Shown: in pieces, positions 60,198 to 64,000 of the stretch
Layout of the letters: each line of letters opens with the position of its first letter
Position numbering within the stretch: position 1 is the stretch's first letter
Assembly: GCA_965199955.1 (NCBI GenBank)
Contig: CBDATQ010000001.1
Span: forward strand, 384,001-448,000
Reading direction: 5' to 3'
From: Spirochaetia bacterium
Lineage (GTDB): Bacteria; Spirochaetota; Spirochaetia; SZUA-6; Bin103
Length of the DNA stretch: 64,000 nt
Notes under the pieces: generated by a model
What the model was told of the DNA's origin: nothing
Databases searched by the model: none
Seen by the model: only the letters and a program-made list of their open reading frames with translations
Position numbers and translations under genes: made by a program

Positions 60198-61544
60198 TCA
60201 GGTGAACGACGCCTCGTCGGTGTCCATGGGGTCGTCGGGCGCCAGGCTGAAGCTCCCGTCCGGTTGCTCCTGCCACTGGCAGACGTCGGGCTCGCCCGCG
60301 CGGTTGGCGACCGGACCGCGGAGCACGGGGTCGCCGGTGGCGCGCAGGTGCTGGTCCAGGCGCTCCCGAAGCTGAGCCTCCACGTCGGCCAGCGCCGGAT
60401 CGCCGGCCAGGTCGCGCAGCTCGAACGGGTCGGAGGCCAAGTCGAAGAGCTGCTTGTCAGGAAGCGGCGAGCCGTACCAGCGCTCCACCGTCTCCCGGTC
60501 GCCGGCGTAGCGCGCCAGCCAGCCGTTGTCGACGTAGATGGGGACGCGGCGGTAGCTGCGGATCAGCTTGTATCGGGAGGTTCGGATGGAGCGCACCGGC
60601 GTGTAGTACCAGCGCCCGCTGCGCCTGCCCCAGTTGAGCTGGCTGAACGCCCAGCGCCGCAACGGCGCGGCCGGCTCGCCGGGCGCGAGCTGCGCGGCCC
60701 AGCTCATGCCCTGGATGCCCTGCGGCTGCGCCACCCCGCAGAGATCGGCCAGCGTGGGCAGCAGGTCGACGTTGCTCGACAGCTCGTCGATGGTCCTGCC
60801 CGGCGCGATCGCGCCCGGCAGCCGCATCAGCAGCGCCGTGCGCAGCCCGGAGTCGTAGATCGTGTGCTTGGCGCGCGCCACGGCCGGGCCGTGCTCGGTC
60901 GTGAACACGACCAGCGTGCGCTCGCGGAGGCCCGCGTGGTCGATGGCGGCCAGGATGCGGCCGATGCGGGCGTCCATGTCCCGGATCTGCCACGCCAGGG
61001 TAGCCAGGTCGCGCCGCGTGACGTCGGTGTCGGGCAGATACGGCGGCACGGCGATCCGTTCCGGCACCTCCGGGTCGAACGCCGCCCCGAACGGGCGATG
61101 GCACTGCGTGAAGGACACCTGCAGCAGGAACGGCGTGGCGGCGTCGCCCTCCGTCTCGATGAACGCCGCCGCCGCGGCCGCCTGCTCTTCCGGCACGGTC
61201 GCGATCTGCCGCGCGAACCCCACCCAGTGAGGGTCGTTCGGAATCATCAGCCGGCCGCACAGCACGGTCCGGTACCCGGCCCGCCGGAACCGTGCCGCCA
61301 TGCAGATCGTCCCCGGGGCGAGCGGCTCCTGGCCGATGACGCCCACCTCGTGCGGGAGCCATCCGGTATACATGGAGGACCGGCTCGGAATGCAGATCGG
61401 CGCCGTGGCGATGTGCATTCCGAAGCGCGCGCCCGCGGCGGCCAGCCCGTCCAGGTGGGGAGTGTCCAGATCGGGCCGGCCGTAGCAGCCCAGCCAGTCC
61501 CCCAGGTCGTGGCAATCGATGTAGACGACGTTCGGTCGAGGCAT
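60198..61544 (-). CDS. Formylglycine-dependent sulfatase
   Basis: PNVVYIDCHDLG, CIPSRSSMYTG (CxPxR), SNVDLLPT, LFDLASDPFE. Confidence 0.93.
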   Translation of the reverse strand: MPRPNVVYIDCHDLGDWLGCYGRPDLDTPHLDGLAAAGARFGMHIATAPICIPSRSSMYTGWLPHEVGVIGQEPLAPGTICMAARFRRAGYRTVLCGRLMIPNDPHWVGFARQIATVPEEQAAAAAAFIETEGDAATPFLLQVSFTQCHRPFGAAFDPEVPERIAVPPYLPDTDVTRRDLATLAWQIRDMDARIGRILAAIDHAGLRERTLVVFTTEHGPAVARAKHTIYDSGLRTALLMRLPGAIAPGRTIDELSSNVDLLPTLADLCGVAQPQGIQGMSWAAQLAPGEPAAPLRRWAFSQLNWGRRSGRWYYTPVRSIRTSRYKLIRSYRRVPIYVDNGWLARYAGDRETVERWYGSPLPDKQLFDLASDPFELRDLAGDPALADVEAQLRERLDQHLRATGDPVLRGPVANRAGEPDVCQWQEQPDGSFSLAPDDPMDTDEASFT

Positions 61545-61656
61545 CCTGTTGACAAGCCACAGGTTAGCACGCTCGCGCCGCGACTTCGAACGGCTGGCGG
61601 GCGGAGCGAGAGGCCATCTCCCGCAATCCGCCGCAGCTTTGCTACAGTGGGTCGTC

Positions 61657-62061
61657 ATGGCCGCACGTCACGGAGACTGGCTTCGGCAGGCGGACGCGGA
61701 TCTCCGCCACGCCGGTAACGCGCGCGACCATGATACGCACGAGTGGGCGTGTTTCGCCGCACAGCAAGCTGCGGAGAAGTCACTCAAGGCGGTCCTCCTG
61801 AGCCGCGGTGAGGATGCCTGCGGACACACGGTTACGGCTCTCCTTGGTTTGGTGACGACCGCAGAGCAGGCCGGCGAAGACCTGGTCACCTGCGCCAAGA
61901 GCCTCGACAAGCATTACATTCCCACCCGTTATCCGAACGGATTCGACACCGGCGCGCCGGTCGACTTCTACACGAAGAAGGACTCCGAGGATGCCATCCG
62001 CTGTGCCGAAACGATCATCACCTTCGCTCGTGGTCAAATCGAACAACCAGGCGGCGGTTGA
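61657..62061 (+). CDS. HEPN domain protein
   Basis: WLRQADADL...WACFAAQQAAEKSLKA...GH...LDKHYIPTRYP. Confidence 0.9.
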   Translation: MAARHGDWLRQADADLRHAGNARDHDTHEWACFAAQQAAEKSLKAVLLSRGEDACGHTVTALLGLVTTAEQAGEDLVTCAKSLDKHYIPTRYPNGFDTGAPVDFYTKKDSEDAIRCAETIITFARGQIEQPGGG

Positions 62062-62377
62062 AGCGGCTGTCCGCGGCTGGGCGCGGCACATCGCTCAGCG
62101 ACCCGAGGTACGGCGGATCATCTGGTTCGGCTCGCGGGTCAACGGCGCTCCCGCCCCAGGCAGCGATGTCGACGTGTGCGTGGTGATCTCGGGCTCGCGC
62201 CGGCCGATCCGTGACCGGATCGGCGATTACCTGCCATTCGGATTCCCCGTCGGCATCGACCTGTTTCCCTACACCGAATCGGAGTTGAAACGACTCGAGA
62301 CCGAACACCCGTCATGGTATGCCGCGATCGCTTCCGGCATCGACCTCATCACTGCTCGATCTGAGCTCAGTGATTGA
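61991..62377 (+). CDS. Minimal nucleotidyltransferase (MNT)
   Basis: IWFGSRVNG...PGSDVDVCVV...IDLFPYT. Confidence 0.88.
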   Translation: MPSAVPKRSSPSLVVKSNNQAAVEAAVRGWARHIAQRPEVRRIIWFGSRVNGAPAPGSDVDVCVVISGSRRPIRDRIGDYLPFGFPVGIDLFPYTESELKRLETEHPSWYAAIASGIDLITARSELSD

Positions 62378-62450
62378 ATAGAAGGGCGCAAAGATCAATA
62401 AGGCGATGGTCTCCGTATTCACGTCACGGGCTGCGAAGGATCAAACCATT

Positions 62451-64000
62451 GGGTGCAGGTCTGAAACTGAGCGATTCTGGGGGGTTTGAGGCGGGTTTGA
62501 GCGGCAAACGCCGGGCGGGGTGACAAAGTGTCACGGAGCGTGGCGCTGGCGGCGGAGGTGATTTGGGCAGGAGAAGGGCAACGCTCCTCTGGGGTAGGGT
62601 TGACGGTAACCCTCCCGCAACCCTTGAACCGCCAGAGGAGCGAGCCCGATGACTGTCACACTATCGCATAGCTGCCAGCGTCCCGCCATGGGCAAGGATC
62701 GCGGATCGATCGATCAGATTATCTGCGAATTGAGCAACGACCTGCGCGTGCTCGGCGGGCGGGCGCAGGCGGAGCAAGAGTTCGAGAGCTTCGAGCGCGC
62801 CGTGCATGAGCGGTTCGTGGCCGCCGAGCACGCGGTGCTGGCCGACGAGTTGCAGCGACTGGACGTGGAGGTGCCCGAGGTGAGCATCGGCGGGCGCAGC
62901 CATCGTCGTGTGCTGCGGTGTACCGAGACGTATCTGAGCGCGGTCGGGCCGATCACCGTGCAGCGCACGTTGTACCGCGCCGCAAGCGAGCCTGCGGTGG
63001 TCGCCTTGGAGCTGAGGGCCGGGATCGTGGCCGGCTACTGGACGCCGCTGGCGGCGCGTCAGGCGAGCCTGCTGACGGCGCACCTGACGCCGCAGGAGTG
63101 TGCCGATGTGCTGCGCGAGTTGGGCAACATGAGTCCGTCCAGGAGCAGCCTGGACCGGCTGCCGAAGCACCTGAGCAGCCGCTGGGAGCAGGAGCGCGAA
63201 GGGTTCGAGGACGCGCTGCGTGCAGCCACGCAGGAGGTGCCTGCCGAGGCGGCCACGCTGGCGGTGTCGCTGGACGGGGTAATGGCGCCGATGAAGGATG
63301 GGGATCGGCAGGCCAAGCGAGCGGCAGCGCAGGCGGCGGGTCAAGCGACCAAGGGGCCGGCCGGGTTCCGGGAGGTCGGGTGCGGTACGGTGTCGTGCTA
63401 CGACGGCGACGGCCAGCGGCTGGGCACGTTGCGGATGGGGCGGATGCCGGAGGCGAACAAGGCGACGTTGAAGCAGATGCTGAGCGAGGAGGTGGATGCG
63501 GCGTTGTCGCGACGGCCGGATCTGGAGGTGGTCAAGCTGGCCGACGGGGCGCGCGACAACTGGAGCTATCTGGACGAGCTGGCGCCGCAGGCAGCCAGCA
63601 GCGTGAGGCTGGTGGACTTCTTCCATGCCGCCGAGCAACTGCGAGCGGCCGTCGATGCCGCGTACGGCGAGAACGACCCGCGGGGACGAACCCAGTACGA
63701 GAAGCATCTGCACGTGTTGCGCCACGATCATGACGGCGTGGAGAAGGTCATCCGGTCGTTGCGGTATCTGCGAGACAGGTACCCGCGGCGCAAGCGGATC
63801 GGCCAGGTGCTCGGCTACTTTCGGCGCAACCGCAAGCGGATGGACTACGCGCGGGCGGCCGAGCGCGGACTGTCGATCGGCTCCGGGGTGGTGGAAGCGG
63901 CGTGCAAGACGCTGGTCACCGAGCGCATGAAGCGATCCGGGATGCGCTGGCGGGAGGCCGGTGGGCAAGCGATCCTGACGCTTCGAGGATGGGCGCAAAG
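62451..64000 (+). mobile_element. ISKra4/ISLre2-like insertion sequence (left part; runs off the window)
   Basis: Abrupt change to G-rich sequence at GGGTGCAGGTC (62451), followed by a transposase; the other end is not visible, so the boundary is inferred. Confidence 0.7.
62649..64000 (+). CDS. ISKra4/UPF0236-like DDE transposase (3' incomplete)
   Basis: Not in the ORF track. Manual translation: VSLDGVMAPM...KLADGARDNW...LVDFFHAAEQL...RMDY...IGSGVVEAACKTLVTERMKRSGMRW. Confidence 0.9.
   Translation, partial: MTVTLSHSCQRPAMGKDRGSIDQIICELSNDLRVLGGRAQAEQEFESFERAVHERFVAAEHAVLADELQRLDVEVPEVSIGGRSHRRVLRCTETYLSAVGPITVQRTLYRAASEPAVVALELRAGIVAGYWTPLAARQASLLTAHLTPQECADVLRELGNMSPSRSSLDRLPKHLSSRWEQEREGFEDALRAATQEVPAEAATLAVSLDGVMAPMKDGDRQAKRAAAQAAGQATKGPAGFREVGCGTVSCYDGDGQRLGTLRMGRMPEANKATLKQMLSEEVDAALSRRPDLEVVKLADGARDNWSYLDELAPQAASSVRLVDFFHAAEQLRAAVDAAYGENDPRGRTQYEKHLHVLRHDHDGVEKVIRSLRYLRDRYPRRKRIGQVLGYFRRNRKRMDYARAAERGLSIGSGVVEAACKTLVTERMKRSGMRWREAGGQAILTLRGWAQ

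Overview
High-GC bacterial chromosomal segment. By inference only, the gene content (ankyrin protein, many TA modules, PhyH dioxygenase, sulfatase, sugar ABC system, RarA-methyltransferase fusion) resembles host/sponge-associated Spirochaetota genomes. Housekeeping genes: leuS, ftsH, ychF, a rarA fusion, pepF and a KamA-family radical SAM gene. They sit among carbohydrate/peptide scavenging genes, a MarR-controlled heterodimeric ABC exporter, and a MoxR-DUF58-transglutaminase-PQQ-propeller operon. There are at least 5 intact-looking toxin-antitoxin pairs, two broken ones and a Fic gene. Mobile elements: a complete IS1634-family element (25235-27226, 12-bp terminal IRs, 6-bp TCTAAC target duplication) and the start of an ISKra4/ISLre2-like element at the right edge. 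Several intergenic gaps are patchworks of deleted gene remnants. Three genes carry small frameshifts in homopolymer/dinucleotide runs, probably sequencing errors. No rRNA, tRNA or CRISPR array was seen. Best candidates for under-described biology: the MoxR/transglutaminase/PQQ-lipoprotein(/nuclease) operon, a bacterial DUF3524 (GTDC1/QTMAN-like) glycosyltransferase between ychF and rarA-MTase, and apparently frequent leaderless transcription. Family calls come from motif recognition, not database searches.
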